Positions 36,248 to 45,792 of a stretch of DNA of 64,000 nt are shown piece after piece. Below the pieces are notes generated by a model that did no database searches, was not told the origin of the DNA, and saw only the letters and a program-made list of their open reading frames with translations. Origin of the DNA: an uncultured Erythrobacter sp. (GTDB taxonomy: Bacteria > Pseudomonadota > Alphaproteobacteria > Sphingomonadales > Sphingomonadaceae); assembly GCA_937969505.1 (NCBI GenBank), contig CALBWA010000010.1, positions 11,184-75,183 on the forward strand, written 5' to 3'. The position numbers and the translations under genes are program-made. How positions within the stretch are numbered: the first letter of the stretch is position 1; the number at the start of each line of letters is the position of its first letter.

Positions 36248-37723
36248 ATGACCACGCATGAATTGACCTTGAGCGAGCAAAGCGCGACCCGGTTTTGCGC
36301 AGCCGCACGCGAATTGCTGGGCGATCGCGGCTTCACCAGCGATGTGGACCTGATCGAACCTTGGCTGACAGATTGGCGGGGACGTTTCTCTGGCAAGGCG
36401 CTTGGGCTGGCCTCACCCGCCAATACAGAACAGGTCGCAGCCTTTGTTGATCTGTGCCGCCAACATCACGTGCCGATTGTCCCTCAAGGAGGCAACAGTG
36501 GCATGTCAGGCGGCGCGACGCCCGACAAAACCGGCAGCTCTGTACTGCTTTCGCTGCGCCGGATGGATCGGATCAGGGCTTTCGACACCGACGCACGGCA
36601 GATTGTGTGCGAGGCAGGAGTTATCCTCCAAAACCTGCATGATGCGGCCGAGCGCGAGGATCTGCGCTTTCCCCTAACGCTTGGCGGCAAGGGGTCGGCG
36701 ACGGTGGGCGGTCTGATCTCGACCAATGCCGGGGGCACGCAAGTTCTGCGGCATGGAACCATGCGCGCACAAGTCCTGGGCATCGAGGCCGTTCTGGCCG
36801 ACGGTCAGATTTTCGATGCGCTGACGTCCTTGAAGAAGGACAATCGCGGTTTCGATCTCAAGCAATTGCTGATCGGGTCGGAAGGCACGCTGGGGATCGT
36901 CACGGCTGCAACGCTCAGACTGCTGCCAGCCATCGGGGACCGGATCGTCGCCTGGGTTGGATTGTCTCACATTGCCAAGGCGCGATCCTTGCTGATGCAA
37001 TTCGAAGATGCCCTGCCCCAGGAACTGGAGGGGTTTGAAGTTGTCCCGGCACATTGCCTGTCCAGTGTTCTTGATCACATGCCCGATGCACGCGCGCCAT
37101 TATCGGATGCACATCCATGGAATGCGCTGATCGAATGCGTTGCTCCAGCTAGCGGAGCGCAAGAAGTCCGCGATAGGGTTGAAAACCAGCTGACCCAAGC
37201 CATGGAAACGGGCCTGGTCGATGATGCTATCATCGCGGCGAACGACACACAGGCCGAGCATTTGTGGCTGTTGCGCGACTCTATAGCTCCGGCAGAGCGA
37301 GCCATCGGGCCGGCAATGCAGCACGATATATCCGTCCCGGTCGCTGCAATGCCCGAATTCATAGAGGCTGCTATCCCCTCGGTTGAGGCACAATTTCCCG
37401 GTACCACCGGCGTTGCCTTTGGCCATCTGGGCGATGGCAACGTCCATTTCCACGTCCTGGCCCCCCGGGGAGCAAAGCCGGGCCAATGGGAAGACGAGAC
37501 CGGCAAATCGGTCAGCCGCTTCGTACATGATCTGGTCGTCCAGTGGGGCGGATCGATCAGCGCAGAACACGGTATCGGGCAGATGAAGCGCGATGAATTG
37601 GGCCGACTGGGTGATCCGGTTGCAGTGTCTTTGATGCAAACCATCAAAAACGCGCTGGATCCGTCGGGGATACTCAACCCCGGCAAGCTGGTTCCCCTTG
37701 CGCCCGATGGCCCGAGCGCCTAA
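36248..37723 (+). CDS. FAD-linked oxidase (D-2-hydroxyacid dehydrogenase-like)
   Basis: PQGGNSGMSGG, TVGGLISTNAGG, GSEGTLG, GHLGDGNVH and SAEHGIG motifs. Confidence 0.9.
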   Translation: MTTHELTLSEQSATRFCAAARELLGDRGFTSDVDLIEPWLTDWRGRFSGKALGLASPANTEQVAAFVDLCRQHHVPIVPQGGNSGMSGGATPDKTGSSVLLSLRRMDRIRAFDTDARQIVCEAGVILQNLHDAAEREDLRFPLTLGGKGSATVGGLISTNAGGTQVLRHGTMRAQVLGIEAVLADGQIFDALTSLKKDNRGFDLKQLLIGSEGTLGIVTAATLRLLPAIGDRIVAWVGLSHIAKARSLLMQFEDALPQELEGFEVVPAHCLSSVLDHMPDARAPLSDAHPWNALIECVAPASGAQEVRDRVENQLTQAMETGLVDDAIIAANDTQAEHLWLLRDSIAPAERAIGPAMQHDISVPVAAMPEFIEAAIPSVEAQFPGTTGVAFGHLGDGNVHFHVLAPRGAKPGQWEDETGKSVSRFVHDLVVQWGGSISAEHGIGQMKRDELGRLGDPVAVSLMQTIKNALDPSGILNPGKLVPLAPDGPSA

Positions 37724-37799
37724 AGCGCAAGCGCTTGGCCTGCTGGTAATCCAGACAGGCCGTTTTTACACTTGAATTTCATTGTTTCGGAGAGTTTCC

Positions 37800-38582
37800 A
37801 TGGCCAGCGCGCCACAAGCCAATCTGCCCCTGTTTTATAAAGACCTTCTGCCGCTAAACAGCCGCGACCACAAAGGCTGGAAGTCGAAGAACTTCACCGA
37901 CGCGACTTTCATGGCAGAAACCCATGCCATCCCCGTGACGGTGGACGAATTCGTCGATGCCCAGCGCGATTACCCGATCGTGTTCACATCGGGTGCCGAT
38001 CCGCTGCCAATCGCTTTGATGGGCCTCAACGAAGGCGTGAATGTTTTCGTCGATGACAAGAAGAAGCTTCAGGACGGTCTCTATCTGCCTGCATACGCCC
38101 GCCGCTATCCGTTCATGCTGGCTCGCCTGCAGAAGGATGCTGACGAGATGTCACTGTGCTTTGACCCGTCGGCTGGCACCGTTGGCGACCAGAAGGATGG
38201 CAGCGAGCTGTTCAACGATGAAAGTGGTCCCACTGAATACACCCAGCAGGTCCTTGATTTCTGCCAGAAGTTCGAAGAATCAGGCCAACGCACGAAGGCC
38301 TTTATTGACGAGATCAAGAAGCTTGACCTGCTGATGGATGGCGAAATCGCCATTACCCAGAACGACAATCCGGAAAAACCCTTTGTTTATCGTGGTTTCC
38401 AGATGATCGACGAGAAAAAGCTGCGTGAACTGGATGGCGACACCATCCAGCGCCTCAATTCCAACGGAATTCTGGCGATCATTCACTCGCACCTGTTCTC
38501 GCTCGGCCTGATGCGCACCATCTTCATGATGCAGCAGCAGCAGGGTAAAGTTCCCGCTTCGGCCGACGCAAACCCGGCCTGA
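37800..38582 (+). CDS. SapC family protein
   Basis: YKDLLPLN, YPIVF, LMGLNEG.N.F, YLPAYARRYPF and HLFSL motifs. Confidence 0.85.
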   Translation: MASAPQANLPLFYKDLLPLNSRDHKGWKSKNFTDATFMAETHAIPVTVDEFVDAQRDYPIVFTSGADPLPIALMGLNEGVNVFVDDKKKLQDGLYLPAYARRYPFMLARLQKDADEMSLCFDPSAGTVGDQKDGSELFNDESGPTEYTQQVLDFCQKFEESGQRTKAFIDEIKKLDLLMDGEIAITQNDNPEKPFVYRGFQMIDEKKLRELDGDTIQRLNSNGILAIIHSHLFSLGLMRTIFMMQQQQGKVPASADANPA

Positions 38583-38613
38583 ACACACAATATCTGATAG
38601 GGGCGCGTTCGGA

Positions 38614-38642
38614 CTTGAACATGGTTCCGTCCGCTCCTATTT
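38614..38642 (+). promoter_or_regulatory. RpoH (sigma32)-type promoter
   Basis: CTTGAA-N16-CCTATTT, one mismatch from the recalled rhizobial RpoH1 consensus CTTGAA-N15/16-CCTATAT. Confidence 0.55.
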
Positions 38643-38649
38643 GAACCCT

Positions 38650-38757
38650 ATCCGGCGGGTCCCTCCCCCTCAAACGCCCGCACGGACGCACACCCAATGT
38701 GGTGTGCACCCTCCCTGAACCTTGGCCACCTCGTGCATTTGCGCGAGGTGGTTTTTT
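38650..38757 (+). ncRNA. Candidate trans-acting sRNA with C-rich anti-SD motifs
   Basis: Two hairpins, CCCTCCCCCT and CCCTCCCT tracts, and terminator CCACCTCG..CGAGGTGG-TTTTTT; no SD-led ORF inside. Confidence 0.55.
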
Positions 38758-38783
38758 CTTGCCGGAAGATGGGTCCGGGCCGA

Positions 38784-39734
38784 TTACTCGGCCGCTTGGG
38801 GGAAATCGCCTTTCGACGCCAATTGCGTGGTCGCCCCGGCCAATTCGCGCACCAGCCCCGCGAGCAGATTGACCATTCCGGGCAGATTGGCACTGGGCTG
38901 TTCAAACGCAGGATCGAGATAAGTCGATCGGCAAACTTCCACCTGCATGGCATGAATACCTCGCATGGGCGCGCCATGATGATCGAGGACAAATCCGCCC
39001 GAATATGGGCGGTTATGAGCCACAACCGTCCCCCGAGAATCGAGATAATGGATCGCCCGCCCCATGATCGCGCTGCTGCAGGACGCGCCGAAACGGTCCC
39101 CCAAAACAAATTGGGCAGGTGTCTCCTGCCCGAAACGTCGCTTGAGCGGGGGCATGGAATGCAAATCTACCAGCAGGGCAGCGCCCCATTCATCTCGAAT
39201 ACGGGCCAGCTCACGTCCTAGACAAGAATGATAGGGCCGATGAATGCCTTCGATCCTTGCGTCCAGCTCTGCCCGGTCGATCGGAGCCTTCCAGATTTCG
39301 CCAGATCCGGCGAGCCGGCGTGGGATAAGGCCCAGACCGCTGCGCGAACGACGATTGGCTTGTGAATGGCGTGTGCTGATCGGCCGGTCCCCGGCGACCA
39401 TGCCCCAGTCGACATCGTCCCGGTCGCGGTTGAGATCGAGCATGGCACGAGGGGCCTTGGCCACCAACAGGGCTGCTCCGGTAAGGCGCGCGGTCTCGCT
39501 TGCCAGCGTGTCGACAAAGCGGTCTTCCAGCCGCAGCGCGCTGTATCCGGCGTCACGCATGCCCGCGATGACAGCCTCTGGGTAGGTCCGTCCGCCATGG
39601 GGCGCTGCAATGAGCACAGGAATGGTTTGGTTCACAGGTGCGGTAAATGTGAAGGCAGATTTATCACGTGCGCCGCTGATGAAACCACCGTCATAACGGC
39701 GCGAATCGGACTGGAACGGTGTGCGATCAACCAT
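38784..39734 (-). CDS. N-formylglutamate amidohydrolase family protein
   Basis: PVLIAAPHGGR.YP, LDLNR, HRPYH, LHSMP and N.PYSGG motifs; start uncertain. Confidence 0.88.
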   Translation of the reverse strand: MVDRTPFQSDSRRYDGGFISGARDKSAFTFTAPVNQTIPVLIAAPHGGRTYPEAVIAGMRDAGYSALRLEDRFVDTLASETARLTGAALLVAKAPRAMLDLNRDRDDVDWGMVAGDRPISTRHSQANRRSRSGLGLIPRRLAGSGEIWKAPIDRAELDARIEGIHRPYHSCLGRELARIRDEWGAALLVDLHSMPPLKRRFGQETPAQFVLGDRFGASCSSAIMGRAIHYLDSRGTVVAHNRPYSGGFVLDHHGAPMRGIHAMQVEVCRSTYLDPAFEQPSANLPGMVNLLAGLVRELAGATTQLASKGDFPQAAE

Positions 39735-39844
39735 ACCCGGAGGCTGCCCGCTCTCATCACTTGTGTCAAAGCATCGCCAAGAAACACGACACTTTTCAGC
39801 TGGGTGACAAAGTTTTCTTAAATTCTTCACGCTATCCGGACTGC

Positions 39845-40237
39845 ATGACAGCTGCACCCAATTTGCGAATCCTCCTCGCCGAAGATGAAGATGCCCTGCG
39901 GGCCTATCTCGAACGAGCCTTGATCAAGGCTGGTTATGATGTTGTGGCTGTGGCCAATGGTACCGATGCTGCGCCTTTGCTGGAAAGCCAATCCTTCGAC
40001 CTTCTTCTTTCGGACATTGTCATGCCTGAAATGGACGGCATCGAACTGGCCCAGCACTGCGCCGAGGTGAGCCCTGGCACGAAAGTCATGTTCATTACCG
40101 GTTTTGCGGCAGTTTCACTGCGCGCCAGCCGCGAACAACCCCAGGCCAAGGTCTTGTCCAAACCATTTCATTTGCGCGATCTCGTGCTCGAAGTGGAGCG
40201 CACTTTCGAAGGGCATGCCGAAGCCTCGCTTTCCTGA
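39845..40237 (+). CDS. cpdR: Single-domain response regulator CpdR
   Basis: RILLAEDE, LLLSDIVMPEMDGIELA, MFITGFAAV and LSKPFHLRDLV.EVE closely resemble Caulobacter CpdR as recalled. Confidence 0.88.
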   Translation: MTAAPNLRILLAEDEDALRAYLERALIKAGYDVVAVANGTDAAPLLESQSFDLLLSDIVMPEMDGIELAQHCAEVSPGTKVMFITGFAAVSLRASREQPQAKVLSKPFHLRDLVLEVERTFEGHAEASLS

Positions 40238-40316
40238 GCCAAAACCCCTTGCGCGGCCCCATCAGTGCCGCTAGAGCGCGCGCCTGCCGCAAATAAAGCG
40301 GCTTTGCCGACAGTGT

Positions 40317-40391
40317 GGGCGTATAGCTCAGTGGTAGAGCACTGTGTTGACATCGCAGGGGTCGGGAGTTCAACTCTCTCTACGCCCACCA
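40317..40391 (+). tRNA. tRNA-Val (GAC)
   Basis: Cloverleaf: acceptor GGGCGTA/TACGCCC, anticodon arm CTGTG-TTGACAT-CGCAG, T-loop TTCAACT and encoded CCA. Confidence 0.97.
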
Positions 40392-40399
40392 TCGGCACC

Positions 40400-40430
40400 A
40401 AAGGCCCGCCCTCACCCGGTGGGCCTTTTT
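40400..40430 (+). terminator. Terminator after tRNA-Val
   Basis: AAAGGCCC pairs with GGGCCTTTTT. Confidence 0.75.
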
Positions 40431-40574
40431 GCTTTTGTCAGCTTGATCGAACCGTTTTGCGCCAGTTGCGCGCGGATTGTTCGCCGCCGACTTGCACGAG
40501 ACAGCCTAAGTGCTAAAGCGCGCGCAACACTTTCTCCTCCCGTTTCAGACAGACAACAATCAAGCAGGGCAGTT

Positions 40575-41795
40575 ATGCAAAAAATTCAGGTCAAGAATCC
40601 GGTCGTCGAGCTCGATGGCGATGAAATGACGAGAATCATCTGGCAATGGATCCGCGAGCGGCTGATCCTGCCTTATCTCGACGTCGATCTTAAGTATTAT
40701 GACCTCTCGATCGAAAAGCGTGATGAAACTGACGATCAAATCACAATCGATGCCGCCAATGCGATCAAGGAACACGGTGTAGGCGTAAAGTGCGCCACCA
40801 TCACTCCCGATGAAGCGCGCGTTGAGGAATTTGACCTCAAGAAGATGTGGCGCTCACCCAATGGCACCATTCGTAACATCCTGGGCGGTGTAGTCTTCCG
40901 CGAGCCTATTGTGATCGACAACGTGCCGCGTCTGGTTCCCGGCTGGACCGATCCTATCGTAATCGGCCGCCATGCTTTCGGTGATCAATACCGCGCAACT
41001 GACACACTGATCCCGGGCGCCGGTAAGCTACGCCTCGTGTTCGAAGGCGCAGATGGAAAAAACATCGATCTGGAAGTGTTCGAGTTTGAAAGCTCGGGCG
41101 TTGCCATGGCCATGTACAACCTTGACGATTCGATACGCGACTTTGCACGCGCCTCCATGAACTACGGCCTCGACCGCAAATGGCCTGTGTATCTGTCGAC
41201 CAAGAACACCATCATGAAAAAGTACGATGGCCGGTTCAAGGATCTGTTCGAAGAAGTCTTCGAAGCCGAGTTCAAAGACAAGTTCGACGAAGCCGGTATT
41301 CACTACGAACACCGCCTGATCGACGACATGGTCGCCGCGGCCATGAAGTGGAACGGCAAATTCGTATGGGCGTGTAAGAATTATGACGGCGACGTTCAGT
41401 CCGACACTGTGGCGCAAGGCTTCGGCTCGCTCGGTCTGATGACTTCGGTTTTGATGACACCATCCGGTGACCGGGTCGAAGCAGAAGCGGCTCACGGCAC
41501 TGTCACCCGCCATTATCGCCAGCATCAGCAGGGCAAAGCGACCTCGACCAACCCGATTGCGTCGATCTTCGCATGGACGCGCGGCCTGATGTATCGCGGC
41601 AAGTTCGACGAAACGCCAGATGTGGTTCGCTTTGCTGAAACGCTCGAGCGGGTTTGCGTCGAAACGGTCGAAAAAGGCCAGATGACCAAGGATCTGGCGC
41701 TTTTGATCGGTCCAGAGCAGAACTGGCTGACCACCGAACAATTCTTCGAGGCGATTGTTACCAATCTCGAAGCGGAAATGCAGAACTGGTCATAA
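40575..41795 (+). CDS. icd: NADP-dependent isocitrate dehydrogenase
   Basis: [34 protein letters not shown] and [10 protein letters not shown] motifs. Confidence 0.97.
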   Translation: MQKIQVKNPVVELDGDEMTRIIWQWIRERLILPYLDVDLKYYDLSIEKRDETDDQITIDAANAIKEHGVGVKCATITPDEARVEEFDLKKMWRSPNGTIRNILGGVVFREPIVIDNVPRLVPGWTDPIVIGRHAFGDQYRATDTLIPGAGKLRLVFEGADGKNIDLEVFEFESSGVAMAMYNLDDSIRDFARASMNYGLDRKWPVYLSTKNTIMKKYDGRFKDLFEEVFEAEFKDKFDEAGIHYEHRLIDDMVAAAMKWNGKFVWACKNYDGDVQSDTVAQGFGSLGLMTSVLMTPSGDRVEAEAAHGTVTRHYRQHQQGKATSTNPIASIFAWTRGLMYRGKFDETPDVVRFAETLERVCVETVEKGQMTKDLALLIGPEQNWLTTEQFFEAIVTNLEAEMQNWS

Positions 41796-41798
41796 TTT

Positions 41799-43451
41799 AT
41801 GGCAAAACGGCCTTCCGCGCGCACGTCTGGTGAACAACTGGGCCGCGCGCGGCTGGTCGTTCGGCCCGCAATGATCAAGGATGTGCGCGGCATCGCCGAG
41901 CTGGTCCGCCGCGCATACACCGAACTTCCTCCTTACAAACAAAGCGAAATTCGCGGGCAGATCAACAACTTCCCCGAAGGCTGCTTTGTCGCCATGCTGG
42001 ACGAGACCATCGTTGGCTATTGCGCATCAATGCAGTTGCCCGAGCCGGTTGTCTTTGCCGATCATGATTGGGACGAGATATCGGGCAATGGTTATGGCAG
42101 TCGTCACGATCCGACGGGCGACTGGCTCTATGGCTATGAAATGTGCGTTGACCCCAAGGTTCGCGGGGTCCGCATCGGCCGCCGTCTGTATGAAGAGCGC
42201 CGCGCACTGGCCGAAGAACGCGAGCTGACTGGCATCGTTTTTGGCGGACGTATACCCGGGTTCGGCAAGGCGAAACGGCGCAAAAACAATCGCGCGGACA
42301 CACCGCAGGAATATCTCGACCTGGTGCTCAGCGGCAAGGTCCACGACCCGGTGTTGCGCTTCCAGCTGGCCAATGGATTTGAGCCCGAGCGCATTCTTGA
42401 AGACTATTTGCCGGAGGACAAGGCATCGCATGGCCATGCGGTGATGATGGTCTGGCGCAACCCCTATGTGAACCGCGACGAGCCAGTAAAAATGCGAGTG
42501 CCCCGCGGGGTCGAAGCAGTCCGGGTCGCCACCTGTCAGCTGCAGGCGCGGGCAGTGAAGGACTACGAGGAATTCCTCGGAGCAATCGAATATTTCGTCG
42601 ATGTTGCAAGTGATTATGAGTCGGACTTCATTGTCTTTCCAGAATTGTTCACTCTGATGCTGCTGAGTTATGAGGAGAAGGAACTCTCCCCCTTGGAAGC
42701 GATCGAGCGGCTCAGCGAGTACACGCCGCGCATTCGCAAGGATATTTCCGAATTTGCGTTGCGATACAATATCAACATCATCGCCGGATCGCATCCCACG
42801 CGCATGGATGACGGCGACATTCACAATGTGGCCTATGTTTGCCTGCGTGATGGTTCAGTCCACGAGCAGGAGAAGATCCACCCCACCCCAAACGAGCGGT
42901 ATTGGTGGAATATCAAGGGCGGCGATACGATTGATGTCATTCAGACTGATTGCGGTCCGATCGGGGTGCAGATTTGCTATGATAGCGAGTTCCCGGAGCT
43001 GAGCCGCAAACTGGCGGATGAAGGCGCCCGGATCATCTTCGTGCCGTTCTGTACTGACAGCCGCCAGGGCTACTTGCGGGTCCGCTATTGCGCCCAGGCA
43101 CGGGCTATCGAAAACCAGTGCTTTGTCGTCTTGTCCGGCAATGTCGGCAATCTGCCCAATGTTGCCAATATGGATATCCAGTATGCGCAAAGCTGTATCC
43201 TGACGCCCTGCGACTTTCCCTTTGCCCGCGATGGTATCGCCGCAGAGGCGAGCGAAAATGTCGAGACTCTGACCATCAGCGACGTCAATCTGGCCGATCT
43301 GTCATGGGCCCGTGCAGAGGGCACCGTTCGCAATCTGGCTGACCGGCGGTTTGATCTCTACCAGATTGAGTGGGATGACCGGCCCAGCCATGCCGGCAAG
43401 ACCCGTCCACGGACCGAACCACTGGGACGCTCGACCGTGGGCGGTGGGTAG
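41799..43451 (+). CDS. GNAT acetyltransferase / carbon-nitrogen hydrolase fusion
   Basis: GNAT half (VDPKVRGVRIGRRL, DPVLRFQLANGF) and nitrilase half with an intact E-K-C triad (FPELF, EKIHP, ICYDSEFPE). Confidence 0.9.
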   Translation: MAKRPSARTSGEQLGRARLVVRPAMIKDVRGIAELVRRAYTELPPYKQSEIRGQINNFPEGCFVAMLDETIVGYCASMQLPEPVVFADHDWDEISGNGYGSRHDPTGDWLYGYEMCVDPKVRGVRIGRRLYEERRALAEERELTGIVFGGRIPGFGKAKRRKNNRADTPQEYLDLVLSGKVHDPVLRFQLANGFEPERILEDYLPEDKASHGHAVMMVWRNPYVNRDEPVKMRVPRGVEAVRVATCQLQARAVKDYEEFLGAIEYFVDVASDYESDFIVFPELFTLMLLSYEEKELSPLEAIERLSEYTPRIRKDISEFALRYNINIIAGSHPTRMDDGDIHNVAYVCLRDGSVHEQEKIHPTPNERYWWNIKGGDTIDVIQTDCGPIGVQICYDSEFPELSRKLADEGARIIFVPFCTDSRQGYLRVRYCAQARAIENQCFVVLSGNVGNLPNVANMDIQYAQSCILTPCDFPFARDGIAAEASENVETLTISDVNLADLSWARAEGTVRNLADRRFDLYQIEWDDRPSHAGKTRPRTEPLGRSTVGGG

Positions 43452-43520
43452 TATCCGCCCAGTTCATTGAAATCGGGAATGCTGGATGACACGAGCGCCT
43501 AGGCGCGCTACCCCATCGGT

Positions 43521-45281
43521 GTGGCTGGCGAATTAGCTCCTTCCCCAATGTTGTCTGACGCTCTGGTGATTCTGGGCGCGGCTGGCATTGTTATCCCGGT
43601 CTTCACCCGCTTCCGCATTACCCCGGTCATCGGCTTCATCCTGATTGGCATAGCCGTCGGGCCATTTGGCCTGGGCGGGATGGTCTACGAATATCCGTGG
43701 CTGGGGCATGTCACCATATCCGATCCTGACGGGCTCGACTTGTTCGCCGAGTTCGGGATCATCTTGCTGCTGTTCACCATAGGACTGGAATTGTCCTTCA
43801 AGCGCCTGTGGCAAATGCGCCGGCTCGTATTCGGGCTCGGCGCGCTGGAGCTGATGATTATCGGCACATCGCTGGCAGTGGCGCTGTCGATGATGGGACA
43901 GTTCTGGACCGGCGCGCTGGCACTTGGCTTTGCCCTCGCTTTCTCCTCTACCGCCATTGTGCTGCCCATCTCTGGTACAACTTCACCCGTTGGCCGCGCT
44001 GCCCTGTCGATGCTGCTGTTCGAAGACATCATGATCGTGCCGATCGTCTTCATCTTGGGCGCTATGGCTCCCAACGCCCAGTCGGAAGGTTGGGAAGGCC
44101 TTGTCACAACCCTTTGGCAAGGCGGGCTTGTGGTGGCTGTGTTGCTGGTGCTGGGGCGCATCGCCCTGCCCCGCCTGTTTGCACAAGCCGCGCGCACCAA
44201 GAGCCCCGAATTGTTTCTGGCTGCATCGCTGCTCGTTGTCATCGGATCGAGCCTTGCAACCGCTGCTGTTGGGCTGTCGCCAATTGTTGGCGCGCTGATT
44301 GCCGGCCTCCTGATTGCCGAAACCGAGTATCACGGCGAGGTTGAGTCGATCATGGAGCCGTTCAAGGGCCTGGCCCTTGGTATCTTCCTGATCACGGTGG
44401 GCATGAGCATTGATCTGACCACCATCTGGGACAATCTGGGGGCGATCTTTGCAGCTGTGGTCATGGTCCTGGTGTTCAAGGCATTCGTGACCGGACTGTT
44501 GCTGCGCCTGATGGGCGCGCGGCGCAGCACCTCTGCGGAAACCGGCGTGCTGATGGCAAGCCCATCGGAGACAACATTGATTGTACTGGCGGCAGCCGGT
44601 TCTGCCATGCTGATCCAGCCTGGAACCGCGCAATTCTGGCAGATTGTTACTGCTATCGGGCTGACCGTTACGCCGCTGCTTGCCCGACTGGGACGCGTTA
44701 TTGCGCGCAAGGTGGAGCCAGCCCCTGAAATTCCTGAAGGCGACCGGGGTGAAAACCGCACCATTATTATTGGGGCGGGCCGTGTTGGACGCTTGATCGC
44801 CGATATGCTGGAAAAGCATGAAAAGCCCTATGTTGCGATCGATTCCGATGCCGATCTAATCGAGTATGCCAAGCGCAAGGGTTATCGCGCCACCTTTGGC
44901 GATGCAGCGCGCGGAGACGCGCTCACCCGGTTGGGAATAGATCACGCCGACGCAGTCGTCCTGACGATGGACGAGCCTGTGCTGGCCCAGAGGCTGGTAA
45001 CCCAATTGCGAAAGTCACATCCGGACTTGCTGATTGTCGCCCGTGCACGTGACACCAGCCATGCCGCCGAATTGTATCGTGCCGGTGCAAGCCATGCCGT
45101 GCCGGAAACTCTGGAAAGCTCGCTGCAACTGTCCGAGGCCGTTCTGGTCGACATCGGGGTTGCGATGGGCCCTGTTATTGCCTCGATCCATGAAAAGCGC
45201 GACGAATTTCGTGAGCAACTGGAGCGCGAGGGAGAGCTTGATCGCAAGCCGCAACTGCGCACCAGCACAGTGGAGGGATAA
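43521..45281 (+). CDS. CPA2 cation:proton antiporter with RCK/KTN domain (KefB/KefC-like)
   Basis: AEFGIILLLFTIGLELS, multiple TM helices, and C-terminal IIIGAGRVG..GDA...ARARD. Confidence 0.88.
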   Translation: MAGELAPSPMLSDALVILGAAGIVIPVFTRFRITPVIGFILIGIAVGPFGLGGMVYEYPWLGHVTISDPDGLDLFAEFGIILLLFTIGLELSFKRLWQMRRLVFGLGALELMIIGTSLAVALSMMGQFWTGALALGFALAFSSTAIVLPISGTTSPVGRAALSMLLFEDIMIVPIVFILGAMAPNAQSEGWEGLVTTLWQGGLVVAVLLVLGRIALPRLFAQAARTKSPELFLAASLLVVIGSSLATAAVGLSPIVGALIAGLLIAETEYHGEVESIMEPFKGLALGIFLITVGMSIDLTTIWDNLGAIFAAVVMVLVFKAFVTGLLLRLMGARRSTSAETGVLMASPSETTLIVLAAAGSAMLIQPGTAQFWQIVTAIGLTVTPLLARLGRVIARKVEPAPEIPEGDRGENRTIIIGAGRVGRLIADMLEKHEKPYVAIDSDADLIEYAKRKGYRATFGDAARGDALTRLGIDHADAVVLTMDEPVLAQRLVTQLRKSHPDLLIVARARDTSHAAELYRAGASHAVPETLESSLQLSEAVLVDIGVAMGPVIASIHEKRDEFREQLEREGELDRKPQLRTSTVEG

Positions 45282-45761
45282 ATGGCACAGAACAAAGAAA
45301 CCGGTGCGCAACTGACCGCTCAATGCCCGTGCGGTGCCGCCTCACTGGCCATTGAAGCAATGCCAACGGTGCGCTTCTACTGTCACTGCACCATCTGCCA
45401 ATCGGTCTACCCCGGCGATTATGGCGATGCGACGCTGATGCGAGCTGACAAGGTGTCAGTACGAACACCCGGCACAATTACATTCACGCGCCATCTGGAC
45501 AAAGGCGGTCTGGAGCGAGGCACCTGCAGCCAATGCAATCACCCTGTGGTCGCCTTCATGAATGCACCGATGATGCCAAAATTCGCGTTTGTGCCGGCGG
45601 CAGTCCTTCCCGATCGCCCGGACAAGCCTTCATCAACGCGGCATATCTTTTACGGGACGAGAGCCCGCGACGTACACGATGCGTTGCCGAAAACCGAAGG
45701 TGATGCTGCCAGCATGATGGTTTTCACCCCATCGGTGCTCAAGGTCGCATTCGGACGCTAA
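45282..45761 (+). CDS. GFA family Zn-binding protein
   Basis: CPCGA, CHCTICQ and TCSQC motifs; starts immediately after the Kef stop. Confidence 0.8.
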   Translation: MAQNKETGAQLTAQCPCGAASLAIEAMPTVRFYCHCTICQSVYPGDYGDATLMRADKVSVRTPGTITFTRHLDKGGLERGTCSQCNHPVVAFMNAPMMPKFAFVPAAVLPDRPDKPSSTRHIFYGTRARDVHDALPKTEGDAASMMVFTPSVLKVAFGR

Positions 45762-45792
45762 TTGCTTGCAGATCTGCGGCTGATGATGTCAC

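Noticed and set aside
39810-39830. Possible CtrA box upstream of cpdR
   Set aside because: Only one TTAA half-site is present; there is no TTAA-N7-TTAA match.
40317-40574. tRNA-Val as an island integration site
   Set aside because: No integrase and no duplicated tRNA 3' end were seen; icd follows directly.
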